From Eukaryota sp. GEM-RC1 (lineage: Eukaryota): a stretch of DNA of 64,000 bases. Each line of letters starts with the position of its first letter. The first letter of the stretch is position 1. Below the pieces are notes generated by a model, which was not told the DNA's origin, did not search any database, and saw nothing but the letters and a program-made list of their open reading frames with translations. Shown here one piece after another: positions 1 to 12,296 of this stretch. The stretch spans positions 186,001-250,000 of the forward strand of contig JAUFOQ010000006.1 in the NCBI GenBank assembly GCA_040285855.1, read 5' to 3'. The position numbers and the translations under genes are program-made.

Positions 1-1160
1 TGACAACTCACAGCTTACAAGATCATCATAATGGACATTCAACGTTGCCTTGTTTCCGATAGACCCTCATTGGAAGCATATTGATGGCACCAGAAGAAAT
101 AGTTAATTGACAAGTCATAGTATTAATATAATGCGTCTCATTTCTTGTACCATTGAAGCTATACTATAAAACGTCCTACAACAGCTGCACTTGCTGTGAG
201 GAATTCAAATCGGAAATGACACATAGAATATTTGAGTAAATCGGCTTCTGGGTAAAAACTAATTAATACTGTGCGAGTCTTTAACATACTAGTAGATTAT
301 TTCTATTACAAGAACTTCCTTGAAGAAGAATGGTTTCGCCCAAAATTAAGTGTTGAAGTATTTTCATCATTTGGAAACTGCTGCTAAATCTGTTGGACGT
401 TACAGAATCGTGTTTCCCAATGAACTCTTTCTGTCATTTTTTATCTGTTAGAAGGCAACTGAAATTATTACAAGTTAAAAGACCTCCACGCAAAATTTTC
501 GAGTATATATTTGAAAATATATGTATGAAAGTATAAGTATGGAGCCACAACTGATACGAACAAACGACAGCTGTTGTGTAAATGGCTTAGTGAAGTCAGA
601 TGGTTGATAATCAGGGATGAAAGTTTCAAACGTCAATTTTCAAGAAGTCGAAGTGTTTCCTACTCCCGAATCTAGACTGATTGTACTGTACCTCGTTTTT
701 CTGACTCAATATTCAATAAAATATCAGAGTGAAAAGAATTGTACACCTCCGTCGTTGAGTGATGTACAGGTAGACCTTGGCGATACCTCAATAGATGTCT
801 TTGTTGTTAGTTGAGATATCTCTTGTTTAAATTCAACTTCTATGTTGATCCGCCTTATCAAGACTGTACTCATCTAGCAATAGAATACTTGATTGTTAGT
901 GTAGGCAATGGATACTTAAATGAATCTAGGTTTAGCTTTTCCCCTGCTGTGAAATATCCCACAGAACTGTTGATCAATTTGATTCAGAGTAATAGTTTAT
1001 GGAGTCATGAGTTTGGTTCAGTTGAATTTTTTTACAAAGCTCATGAACGTCTTTCATCAGTAGAAATCGAGTATGGACACCATCAAATTGATGATTGGTT
1101 CCGTATTGAATTCAGACTAATGCAACAGAAGATCATGGTTGAACTCATATTGGTCTCAAC

Positions 1161-1902
1161 CATAGTTCGAAATGCGTACGACACGTTCGGTAACGTGCTC
1201 CCATACGCGCACGTGCGGAGTACGTGCGGCTTCTTTACCGTATTCTAACGTATTCTTCTTTTTGATATTCTTTTCTGTTAACCAGCACCTATTTTATATT
1301 ATACAATACTGTTGATGAAACAAATACTACAACTCTTCATTCAGGTAGGGACTTACAACAATACGGTATTCTGGTTCATCTTCAAGAAAGTTATGGTCCT
1401 TATCTTGAGATTCAGCAATACACTGATCAATTACCCAGGGGATCACAAGATCTTTTTCTGCTAGTTTAATAATCTGGTGTTTCCGTCTTTGATTGGCGTA
1501 AAGAAATACCAAATCATGCATGAGTGAAGCTTTCATCCTATTGCCTTTCTTGGTTTTAATGATGGAGTGCACAATCCAATTTCTCTCGACAGCTGATTGA
1601 CTTACAATTTTGATTGGTACTGAACGTAGAATACCATCTCGAGAGCCATTTTTTTCCCACAAAGATTTGGGTGAACATTTCTCCATTTCTTACCATGATG
1701 GTTGTTTTTTGAAAAAGCTACGTTTGTTCTCGTTATCATAAAACTCATTTAAAGCATCAGTGTAATGAACCATATGATAAAAGAAATGCAACACGTGTTT
1801 ATGTAAGAATACGGTATTCGCGCACGTGTTCTGCCGTACTCCATACGCGCACGTGCGGAATACGTGCGGCAACTGAATAACACGTTCGCATTTCGAACTA
1901 TG
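1161..1902 (-). mobile_element. Non-autonomous hAT DNA transposon (deletion derivative)
   Basis: Perfect 16-bp TIRs CATAGTTCGAAATGCG (1161-1176 / 1887-1902) and perfect 8-bp TSD GTCTCAAC (1153-1160, 1903-1910). Minus ORF 1327-1686 carries a hAT C-terminal dimerisation-like motif (SQSAVERNW...KTKKGNRM...DLVFLYAN). Confidence 0.92.
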
Positions 1903-2484
1903 GTCTCAACAATGTTTTATGAAAATTAGTTCAACACAATATAGACAGCACGACTCTAAACTTCAAGTCACTGATCAATGGATAAAAAACATCAAAATAT
2001 ATGAAGAAGAAGCAATAACAACAGATATTATGGATCATAATCACTACAATGTGATACCGAAAGGTTTGGAAAGTGAATAGGGGAAGGTAAACGGTGTTTA
2101 TAAAGTGAAATAACTGACTACTTAACCATACTAATACCTTTGGCTAACAAATGCAAATGACAAGAGAAATTTTGGTTTATACATCAGTTTGGTGCAAACA
2201 ATTGCCACTGCTTAATGAAAGGTCAAAAAGTACAAGCTCACAGGTGGTCCTCAGTGGAGTGTCTAAGTGTGAATTCCTTTAGAACAGAGATTTTCAACTC
2301 AGCAATTGACATTTAAAATATATCAAATTGAAGTATTCAAGGTCAAGGTAACCTGCCGATCTCAAGAGATCAAAAGTTCAAACAACACCTGTCAAAGAAG
2401 AATTACAGATCCGATTCCTAAGATGAAAAAGTGGGAAATGGTTGTAATCAAAAGCGTACCCTGACAACTGCTCCAACAGGTCTT

Positions 2485-2537
2485 AAGCAATGTGGTAAAT
2501 GATCTCAACCAGGACATAACAAAAGAAGTTTTCCAAA
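2485..2537 (+). pseudogene. Degenerate CCHC zinc knuckle, probably a Mutator-like transposase remnant
   Basis: Translates as KQCGK*SQPGHNKRSFP, matching C-x2-C-x4-H-x4-C with the GHN(K/R)R signature. Two Cys codons are mutated (TGA, TTT). Confidence 0.45.
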
Positions 2538-2659
2538 GGCCTCTTAACTTACCAAGAAACTCCAAGAATTGACAAGGAAAAACAGAACTCTACAAAGATT
2601 GCTGGTCCTAATAGACTGGCAAATCAGTCTGTGGTCTGGATGAATGAAATCCAAAAACC

Positions 2660-4117
2660 ATGATGACGTGTCATTTTCCTATCCAAATGTCACTTCTCCA
2701 AATAACAACATGGTGTGGTCACACGTTTAGCATGTCACACCTTTTGGAGTGGCTGGAATCTCACGAACATTGCCCCGTCTGCGAAGCTAAGGTTGAGAAG
2801 TCTAGTTTGCCGGAAGTTGTTGAAACATTAGTCGCTGAATCCCAAACGAAGTGTTTTGGGTGTGAAGAATCAAACGCCACGGTTAAATGCATTGAGTGTG
2901 ACTCTGACTTCTGTGAAGATTGTTTCGCAGCCGCTCACCGTTTTCCGAAGACATTCCGATCTCATCAATCTATGCCATTGGGGAAGAGGAATGCTTGTAC
3001 TGATCCAAAGTGTACTTACAAGGTGAAACCAGTGATTGATTGGGGTAATCTGAGTTCAGAGTTGAAGCAATGTTATGAGGGCGTGATGGCCAATAAGTGT
3101 CTCAGCATCCAACTGCGCAGCAACTCCATTGGAAACGAAGGTGCGATTGCAATTGCAGATGCTTTGAGGGTTAATACATCTGTACTTTGGATGGCTTTGA
3201 AAGACAACTCCATTGGAAGCGAAGGTGCGATTGCGATTGCAGATGCTTTGAAGGTTAATTCTACGGTTACTGATGTCCATTTAGAAGACAACTCCATTGG
3301 AAACGAAGGTGCTATCGCAATTGCAGATGCTTTGAAGATTAATTCGACTGTAACAGAGTTGTGTCTACATAACAACTCCATTGGAAACGCAGGTGTTATT
3401 GCAATTGCTGATGCTTTGAAGGTAAATTCATCTGTTTCTACGCTATGGCTTGACAAAAACTCCATAGGATACGAAGGCGTTATTGCCATTGCTGAGGCTT
3501 TGAAGGTAAATTCAACTGTTTCTAGGTTCCATCTAGATTACAACTCCATTGGAAACGAAGGTGCTATTGCCATTGCTGAGGCTTTGAAGGCTAATTCAAC
3601 TGTTTCTACGCTATGGATTGCTCACAATTCCATTGGAAACGAAGGTGCCATTGCCATTGCTGAAGCATTGAAGACTAATTCCACTGTTTCTTCCATCTTT
3701 CTAAGTTTCAACTCCATTGGAATCGAAGGTGCTATTGCGATTGCCGAAGCATTGAAGGCTAATTCCACTGTTTCTTCGTTATATCTCGGTTACAATTCCT
3801 TTGGAATCGAAGGTGCTGTTGCAGTTGCAGATTCTTTGAAAGTTAATTCATCTCTTTCTGAGATCGACCTCAACAACAACTCCATTGGAAACGAAGGTGC
3901 TATCGCAATTGCAGATGCTTTGAAGTTTAATTCGACTGTTTCTGAGATCGACCTCAACGACAATTCCATTGGAGACAAGGGAGTGTTTGCAATCATTGAG
4001 GCTTTAAAGACTAATTCGACTGTTTCTAGGATCGAACTTCTCTTGAACTTCATCTTCAGTGACGTGCAAATACGAGAGTCACTTGATGCTTCAGGCGATA
4101 ACAGAATTGTCTTTTAA
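2660..4117 (+). CDS. RING/U-box-like + B-box + ribonuclease-inhibitor-type (NLRC3-like) LRR protein
   Basis: WCGHTF...LLEWL...CPVC (RING/U-box-like); CFGC...CIECDSDFCEDCFAAAH...H (B-box); about 11 28-aa repeats LxLxxNSIGNEGAIAIA(D/E)ALKxNS. Confidence 0.88.
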   Translation: MMTCHFPIQMSLLQITTWCGHTFSMSHLLEWLESHEHCPVCEAKVEKSSLPEVVETLVAESQTKCFGCEESNATVKCIECDSDFCEDCFAAAHRFPKTFRSHQSMPLGKRNACTDPKCTYKVKPVIDWGNLSSELKQCYEGVMANKCLSIQLRSNSIGNEGAIAIADALRVNTSVLWMALKDNSIGSEGAIAIADALKVNSTVTDVHLEDNSIGNEGAIAIADALKINSTVTELCLHNNSIGNAGVIAIADALKVNSSVSTLWLDKNSIGYEGVIAIAEALKVNSTVSRFHLDYNSIGNEGAIAIAEALKANSTVSTLWIAHNSIGNEGAIAIAEALKTNSTVSSIFLSFNSIGIEGAIAIAEALKANSTVSSLYLGYNSFGIEGAVAVADSLKVNSSLSEIDLNNNSIGNEGAIAIADALKFNSTVSEIDLNDNSIGDKGVFAIIEALKTNSTVSRIELLLNFIFSDVQIRESLDASGDNRIVF

Positions 4118-5264
4118 ATAATGAACGATGTGTTATAAATGAACATTTCAATTGTTTCAAAAATGCCAACATGTTGTACAGTCGAATTGGACAAGAACAT
4201 TCCAGAGTTCCGATTTAGGGGTCTTTGCAGCACATTGTTTTGGTGAGTAAATTGTTCTATTTACAATAACTACTACTAGTACATGTACTAGTACTGTGTA
4301 GTGAAAAACATGGATTCTTTATCACTGCTGAATGTATTTCTGGTACTCGAATTTTCGAGAAAATTTGTTCCCTTTATTTTTCTGGTAAGTAGTTTTTTTA
4401 GACTCGCAAAGGGTACTGTACATCAATAGTTGTACTTTTCGTATGTGTCGACGGCTCATAATTCTTCAATCAACATGATGTTCTTGAGGCGCAACACACA
4501 TCGCTTTAAATTAATATATGATTTGAGATGATTTGTTCTGGCAAGAAAAGAACTAGATCTAATATCTACATTGTAAAAACGGTTGTGTGGACGAGCGGAT
4601 AAAATCCTTCATTCATTGATGCAAATCTTCATTTCTCTGTAAATGATGAATAAAAATAAGTGTTGCACATCAACAGTCGGATATGCTGTAGTGTTTAAGA
4701 TGCCGGAGACAACTTCAGTTAGGTGTCTCTAATTTGAACCATATCCGAACCTTGAAGTAGTATACACTGAAGTTGTTCTAGTAGCTGATAGCAGTTATAA
4801 AGGAAGAATGATTATCTTTGAGGAACATTTTACAAGAATTTGACTGTACTGCATGATTACACTATACGCACTAGTATGTGGGCAAATTAACATCCGTATC
4901 AAAGTAGAAATCGAAATGCATTCACTAACTTGATTTGATGCTTGATGTTTTAGTGGTATTTGCTTGTTTGCACTCTAGATTTACGTTTTTGTTTCACCCC
5001 CTTTGAAAATCAAAAGGGGGTGAAAATCACGTTATCTGTTATAATCTGCTCAGAATATAGTCTTTCTGAATGACAATCACCACTGCCTTGATGCAAGATT
5101 GTTGTGTCAAAATACAAATAGAATAACCCCGCAATTTATACAGGGAAACATTTATTAAGGGGAAATAAACGTGATAACAATAAACTAAAAAAACGATAAA
5201 CATAGATAAAAGCTAACTAGTTGGTAAAAAGAGAGGTGAATTGACTTTTGAATGAAAGAATTCA

Positions 5265-6902
5265 TCACATGTATAGATCATTAATCGAAGATTTGAGCTT
5301 CACGAGTTCGTTGTCTCTATTACTTTTGATTGATGGATAATCTAGATAATTCCTACTCATAGTCAACTCAATCTCATCCCTCTGACTATCCACTAACAAC
5401 GGACTCCTTACAGAAACCTCCTTGACTTTCTCCCTCGGAGTCCCAATCTCCATCTTCTCCATCTCTTTGACTGGTAACAGATGGAGAACCTCTTCTGCCA
5501 TACCTTCAAAGGTAATAGTAGTAACAGCTCTGTCCAAGGTGTAACCGGAGGAGGGTAAGTCTCGATGTCTACCAGCGATCATTACCAAACAAAGAACAAG
5601 TTTACCAAACACCCCTGTTACTGCTGCTAGAGAAGGCTCAGTAGGAACTCCAGTACCCATGGATAGACCAATATTACCATAGGATGACGACACTTCGAAC
5701 AACAGACTAAAGAGAAAAGCCCCGTCAAATTGCTTGTAGACCGTGATTGTAAGAACAAGCCAAGAGAAATAAACCCAAAAGAAGTCACGTACCCAAGGAT
5801 TTGATTGCTGAGATGAAACAAACCTTCTTAAAGCAGAGTTGAACCCCTTTGGCTCTTCACTTGGTTTGATAGTCTCTGCAGAGCTTCTTAGGACAGAAAT
5901 GAAAGGTGTAACAGCAAGAATGTGTAGTAACATGTAGATGATCAACATTGGAGGTGAGACTGAAGAAATTTCTATAGTGGAGAAACCCGCAACTCTAGTG
6001 GAAATAGTCATGAATACAGCATTTAGTAAGTGTAAAAGACCTTCCTCTGGGAAGTGGTGGTAATCAAATATTAAAATAGCAGAAAATTGAAAAATGAAGA
6101 AAATTATCCACCAAAATAAAAGATAGAGAGTCTCAACTGAAGAAAACAAATGAGTGTAAACAGATCGTCCATGCTCAAGAAGGTAGGAATATACGGGACC
6201 ATAACGTGATCTTTTTGACCGTTGATAAATAATCACTCTTAAAGCAATAGGGAAACCAGTTTGTCCCAGAACAATCAAAATCATAGAAGGGATCAAAATG
6301 CAAGGATCGTTACTAAAAGGAGTCATACTAGAATTGAACAAGGAAAGTCCACAATTGGTAGTTGCACTGATGACATGGAAGATAGTGAAGAACTTCCACC
6401 CTCCTGCTTGTTCAGCAATGAAGCGAGAAGAAGGAGAAAGGATGAAGCGAAGAGAGAGACATAGAAATCCAAATAGATACAGGGAGATGATGTAGACAGA
6501 GAGGACAATGAGAAGTCTGGACATGGCGTGGTATTCGATAGAGAAGCTGTAGAGAGGCAGGGGTTTGAGGATGCGGGATTTGTAGGTGCTAGGATTTTTC
6601 GGATGAATTGGGTGATTAAAGGACTTCATTAGGAATCTCCTTCGTTGGATGACTGGAATAATGGTCCAAAAGATAGGACTACCTATTTGGAAGAGCATGA
6701 TGATGATGATACGGGAAATGAAGCGGGTCTGTTCAAGAGACACATTGGTAAGGCCAGTGTCGGTGACTGAAGAGAATGAAGTGAAGAAACTGTCAATGAA
6801 AGACCATTCGGGTTCAGCAAAGTACAGAAGAAAAGAACCAATAAGTCCAAGTAGAGTGAATGAATAAAGATGAAGTAGATAAAAGTTGTGTAACTTGATC
6901 AT
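5265..6902 (-). CDS. Trk/Ktr/HKT-family cation (K+) transporter
   Basis: Four M-P-M units with pore motifs SSVTDTGL, SATTNCGL, STRVAGF and SSYGNIGLS, plus C-terminal MIAGRHR. Confidence 0.9.
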   Translation of the reverse strand: MIKLHNFYLLHLYSFTLLGLIGSFLLYFAEPEWSFIDSFFTSFSSVTDTGLTNVSLEQTRFISRIIIIMLFQIGSPIFWTIIPVIQRRRFLMKSFNHPIHPKNPSTYKSRILKPLPLYSFSIEYHAMSRLLIVLSVYIISLYLFGFLCLSLRFILSPSSRFIAEQAGGWKFFTIFHVISATTNCGLSLFNSSMTPFSNDPCILIPSMILIVLGQTGFPIALRVIIYQRSKRSRYGPVYSYLLEHGRSVYTHLFSSVETLYLLFWWIIFFIFQFSAILIFDYHHFPEEGLLHLLNAVFMTISTRVAGFSTIEISSVSPPMLIIYMLLHILAVTPFISVLRSSAETIKPSEEPKGFNSALRRFVSSQQSNPWVRDFFWVYFSWLVLTITVYKQFDGAFLFSLLFEVSSSYGNIGLSMGTGVPTEPSLAAVTGVFGKLVLCLVMIAGRHRDLPSSGYTLDRAVTTITFEGMAEEVLHLLPVKEMEKMEIGTPREKVKEVSVRSPLLVDSQRDEIELTMSRNYLDYPSIKSNRDNELVKLKSSINDLYM

Positions 6903-6987
6903 TCACTGTAAACTAGGGACAGGAGAGCATTCTGAAGGGGAAATGAAGGCTGTAGATCTAAATTTGGAGGGTCAAAATGGAGTTTGA

Positions 6988-7832
6988 CTATAATCTTGAC
7001 AAAACTGACTAGAATCTTGACAGCTTCTCATTTTTGCTAGAATCTTGACAGAAGTGGATATTTCCTTGAATGAGGTCTTCACTTCCATTTCATCTGCATC
7101 TGTCCTCATATCGTCCTTTGAATCCTGAACTTTCCTTTACGGGTTCTCTTCAAGAACCATGACATGTGTGACTCACAAATAGTAGATCCACTACACTTCT
7201 ACTGTTCGTGAACTGTTTGCATCTATTGTTGGTTTTTGAAAGTGATCTTAGCTGTTTGGGGCTCAACAACTTCCTCTTCTGAAATCATCTGCATCATTGT
7301 ATCTTGTTTAAGGAATGACATCTGACTCTGTTTTCTGTTTAATCTCATTGTCTTAGTCAAAGTGTTGTATTCTTGATTATGCTATAGCTTAAGGAGTCTG
7401 TATAAATCCAATCACTTAACACGTTTCTTCAACGTCACCTGATTGACAGTCTTGAATACAGTTGGAGAGTTCATAATATTCATGTTACATTGAATGTGAT
7501 TGTACTCAACAAAATCAGCAGTACCAACTGACCAACATGTATTAGGTTAGGATCTTTATACAAATAAACACAGTATTCATTCGATGAGACAAGCAAATAG
7601 TTATCTTCAAGCATAATGATGATAATATATTCACAATACAGATCTACATATGGTCCTATCATCTCTAGAGGGAAGACACAAACAAAATGACATCTGAGAG
7701 AACGCTGTGGTGTACATCTACCACAATTGAGTTGTTTGATACACTCTACATGATGACAAATTGAAGTGAGAAATGCTAAGAGAGAGTTGTAAGAAGTTGT
7801 CATGATTTTAGTCAATTCTGTCAAGATTATAG
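6988..7832. mobile_element. Possible decayed TIR element
   Basis: About 35-bp imperfect inverted repeat CTATAATCTTGACA..TGACTA.AATC.TGACA (6988-7022 vs 7798-7832, 4 mismatches). AATCTTGACA occurs three times at the left end. No TSD identified. Confidence 0.4.
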
Positions 7833-7888
7833 CAAAAGTGGTCAAATGATCTGTGTGTTCGTCACATGAAGTAGAAGTACCGAACTTG

Positions 7889-7965
7889 TAAGTTATCTGA
7901 ACGCAACTAGAAGTCCTGGAAATCAGTACTCTACTTAATGTAAGCCAAACACATGTTGTGAAAAT
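7889..7965 (+). repeat. Dispersed 77-bp repeat, copy 1 (copy 2 at 11764-11840)
   Basis: Ungapped by-eye alignment gives 66/77 identical, starting TAAGTTATCTGAACGCAACTAGAA. Confidence 0.85.
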
Positions 7966-8745
7966 CAAAAAAAACTTTGGTATGTGTAGACTTACGTATA
8001 GACATATGATTAAGTCTTCACATTAATAGAACATATACAATCTGAGCAGAACAAAAACTAGAACTCAAACTGATGAAGTCAATGGTAGATTTTTTTTCAA
8101 ATACCAGACATTCATTAAGATCACGTCTGTAAACAATAAAGATATATTAATGTACTAAAGTACTGATTCTAATTAAGATTTGATCAAGTACTATCTATAA
8201 CAAGCCACAATCTGAAAAAAACAGAGAATGATTAAGTATCGGGTTTGAAGTACAAACTGTTTACCCAATCACGAACAAGAACCAGATATGCACAAGTTTT
8301 GCCTAAAGGTGGAGTTAGATAGTAAACTGTACATCTCTGATACATGTACTTCGGGAATGTTAGTATTAAAACCATATAAAGAGCTGTAATTGTCAGAATC
8401 GATATTTATCAATGTTCTGTCCATCTTTGTTTTATATTTGGTCATTGAATGAATTGTAAGGCAGTTTATGGAGAACATATTTGCAATTACAAACCAAAAA
8501 GACGTAAATATATGTTGATCTATCTAACATGAACTCAATTCGTTAGATATTTAAAATACTATCATAACGCCACGTGTTCGAAAGCCATTACTCATGGGCT
8601 CCATCGGCGCGTTCTATTTGAAAATTCGGTTATGGTACTACACCGAGAATATGTTTTATAGAAGGCAATCTGTAAGCTTGGAATACCCCTAACAGGATTC
8701 ATTTAGTTTATTACAATATAACATTTGTTGGTGGTCTCACCTCCA

Positions 8746-11551
8746 TTAAGAAGATTGATATACTTCCACAGCAGCAACACGAGGATTGTCAGCATCAGAG
8801 CATAGATGAACTAACGAGTTAGCTCCAGAGCTGTCGAAGTCTGTAAATAAAGAGAAGAAGTTAGGGTCAAAGGAAGACTTAAGTTCAATAGTTAAATCAG
8901 GTTTAACAATGAAGGAATTCCAAACATTGATACCAACGGATTGAAAGACTTGATGCGAACTTTCGTCTTCAAGAATCTGGAAATCAGAATAAGGCCCAGG
9001 AGCAGTTAATGATTTAACAGACCCATCAAAAGAAACATAGGTTATTGTTGAACAGTCTCGGTAGTAACTGCTATCTTCATAAATATAACCATATTCGTCC
9101 TTATCACAACGGTGTGATACAGAAATATAATTACACACAGGATGGTAAACAAGACAAGAATCATCTAATAATCTGATTACTACGAGTAGTTTTTTCAAAG
9201 AGCGTTTAGAACAAGACTGTACACAATTCTGCATATTAAATTCCGAATGTGCCTGGAAAATGTACTTGGAACAAGACGCTTGATCGAATAATGGCTGGTT
9301 TTCCTTATTCAAGAACATTAAAAGAGGAATCTTTGAAAAAATTGGGTACTGCGAGCGCAAAAACCTTGACAAAGCCCTCTCAACAGCAATATTGGATTTC
9401 AGATATTTGGCGAGTTTAAAATATGACAGAGGTAGATCCAAATGATTAGCACAAGAACTAATATAGCTCGAAAAGTCTGATATTTCGATATTGGAGAGTT
9501 TCAATGATGAAACATCAATCACAGGATCAAAGTCGTCATCATCATCATACAATAAACGTGAATCTATCCTAAAATGATTTTCTCCATTGACTAGGACAAC
9601 ATCCCGAGATAACATCTTAGGAACTACAACTTTGCTACAGAAAGCATTGATTTCAGTACCGAGGAGAGAATCATCTTGAAGAGGGGAAACAAAAGAAGAA
9701 AAGAGATCTTGAGGTTTAACCCTATCTATATTTAATTTTTGACTACCTTCATAAATTCCTTGATTTCCCACTCACTAGTAGAATACGTGAGCCAAGATTC
9801 TACAAGAACTCTAATTAACCACAGAATTAAACGAGAATCTTCATTAATAAACCTGATAATGGTAACAATGTTTTGCTTCTTAAAAGTGGGAACTTTTAGT
9901 TTAGAATTAGAATGAAAAGGATATGTAGATGGAATTATACTGGCAAAGAAGTCGAACAATCCAGAATTGTCTTCAGCAGTAAGAGATAAACAAAGGCTTA
10001 GCCAATCTGGTGGCAAGATTGTCAAGTTAGAATGTTGCTTAAAGAGGACTGCAGAATAAACCACAAGAATATTTAAAAAATTCTCGTTAGTAGGTTTGTG
10101 AAGTTGCTTGATAACTACAGTAAAAACAAAGGACAAATCGATGGAATCCGTGATAGTTTCAATCAACTGGTTCTGGAGATCTTCTATTGACCATGATGAC
10201 GTCGTCAAAGTGTCAAAATAAGAATTCACCAGACTTTCTAATTGCCAGTTGATATCATTAATTTCTAACCCCTTTAAAGTAGCAGGCCTGACACTAACGG
10301 GGGTATAGTCCCCGGGTACTGATTACAAACATTGATGACGTCATCAAGATGTGTACTTGACAGTTTATCAGCTACTATTAAAGTCCAAGACAACCACTTC
10401 GAAGGAATTAGAGAACTTTCCTCAACAAATCTGTTAAATACTAAAAGAGAGAATTTAATTAGTAACTCAAATAGAGATTCTTCTTCAACAAGAGGTTCTA
10501 CAAGTAAACTGAAGGCTTGATCCATACTAACACATGTATCAGCAAAACTATTTGTCAATTGCTCAATGTCACAATGTGTCCAAGAAGATTTATCTTTACT
10601 TTCTTTAAACGACTTCACAAGTGATTCTACTCGCCAATCAATATCAACATCAGAAAGTTCAAGTAGAGTTGAGAGCTTCAGAACGATGGGTGTTAGCTTG
10701 GAGCTCCTAGCTTGAGTTGTAGTTAATTGAGTAACAAAAGGAGAAATGAGAACAATCAAAGCTTTGTCACCTTCAGCATCAGCACGTTCCATTAACTTCA
10801 GAGTCCACTCTGTAGTAGAAAGATTTTCGTTCATGACTGTTTCCACTTGTTTTGCCAGGGCATCAAAGCTAGTAACATTGGAGAGATAGAACAAATCGTA
10901 GACAGTGTCGATGTTGATCGGTACTTCCTGTGAATACAAAGCACAAACAAATAACTGTAAGTTGGAATGTAGAATAGATTCAGGAGTAAAGTTAGAGTTG
11001 AAGTCGTATTGTTGAATGCCTTTTTCATTCTCCCAAAGTTTTTGAAAGAACTTACAGCTGTGGCCTAGAATACATTTGTGAATCGGAATAGAGAGATCAT
11101 TGAAGACAAACGAGTAGTCAGAGAAGATGTTTTCTGAATGAAGATGTGTAAGAATTTCATTAGTGTTGAGTGATATCGTAGTTTGTGATGAATCTTCAAC
11201 AAAAGTTGAACATGCGGCGGATAGTTTAGTTACTTTGTAGAACTTGGCAAGATAAGACATGTCAGTGAGTGTTTTAACTGAAAGCTCAACTGTCTCACCA
11301 TAGAAGAATCCAAAAAAGCTGCGTATGGTCTCCATTTGTAGATACTCCATGTCGTCAGTGGCATCGATCTCTACCACTCCCTCCGCGGTAGTCATTTTGG
11401 AAAAGAAACGTGAGAAACGGACAGAAGAGGGTGCGAGAACTGCTTTGTGTAGCTTGATTTGTTCATCCCTGACAAGAACAAGAACATCATGGTGTAAATT
11501 GTTACGAAGCAATGTGGGAAGAACTAGCGATGAATCAAGAATGAAAGACAT
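8746..11551 (-). CDS. Tandem BTB/POZ-domain protein (one gene split by two homopolymer frameshifts)
   Basis: Two BTB motifs (DVLVLV..IKLHKAVLA..S..F; SDYSFVF..IPIHKCILGHSCKFF). ORFs 10274-11623, 9732-10229 and 8746-9771 join by adding one base at the C/G runs near 10300-10315 and one in the run at ~9736-9740. Likely start is MSFILD at 11551. Confidence 0.8.
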
Positions 11552-11763
11552 GAAGAAGATACAGGGTTTTCTCAAAAATTTAAACCACAACTTACACAAT
11601 ATCGCTGGAGCAGAACCTTTCATAAGATCATTTAAAACGGTTTTTAGTTCTTCCCATATTATTTCAATTAGTCTATTACTAGTTATCTCAATAAATGTGC
11701 AAAAACTTAATCAATTGTAGTCAGATCACCAAACTAGAAGATACTGTATTCGGTACATGTACC

Positions 11764-11840
11764 TAAGTTATCTGAACGCAACTAGAATTCCTTAGAAGTA
11801 CTACTCTACTTTATGTAAGCCAGACACATGTTGCCAAAAT
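11764..11840 (+). repeat. Dispersed 77-bp repeat, copy 2
   Basis: Same orientation as 7889-7965. Confidence 0.85.
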
Positions 11841-12094
11841 ATTGGAAAAAGTTCAGACTTACATATCAACATTTATTCCTGATCTCGATGGATCATTCAT
11901 TATTGCTGATGTTCTGTCTATCGATGTTTGTGATGATTTTAGTAAGAAATTTCCTAAATCTAATACAAAAAACACTCTGTTGATTGGTGAAAAATATAAT
12001 ATGGAAATTTATTGTGAGAAACTGCTACATGTGGTGAAATTATTGAATTCAGTTTCACACTCGAATTTTTTGTTATACACGTACCATTGGTATT

Positions 12095-12245
12095 TTCAAT
12101 GTCTGATTCTTTAGGTGAATCTGCAACATTATTACTTGAAATCTTTGTGAAGATTGTAAGAAAAGGAATACCTACTAGTAGGACTTTTGATCTTAGATTT
12201 TGGAAAAATCGAATCGTGTTTCCTATCTTTTGTTAGCCAAAGGTA
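12095..12245 (+). mobile_element. 3' fragment of RLE-type non-LTR retrotransposon
   Basis: Contains TTTTGGAAAAATCGAATCGTGTTT (FWKNRIVF), matching the EWKNRIVFS terminus of the 60772-61632 ORF. Confidence 0.5.
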
Positions 12246-12296
12246 CTAGTATAAGAGATTTTCTGAGAGACATTGGATTGAATCCGAATTTGCCAG

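Noticed and set aside
617..1248. ORFs 617-814 and 811-1248
   Set aside because: No recognisable motifs; the second runs into the hAT terminus, so probably decayed TE sequence.
3056..4053. Antisense ORFs over LRR genes (also 23038, 40753, 41419, 50178, 50796)
   Set aside because: Shadow ORFs caused by repetitive codon use on the coding strand.
4430..4520. Possible pogo/DDE transposase remnant (VDG-HNS)
   Set aside because: It needs a frameshift and the match is too short.
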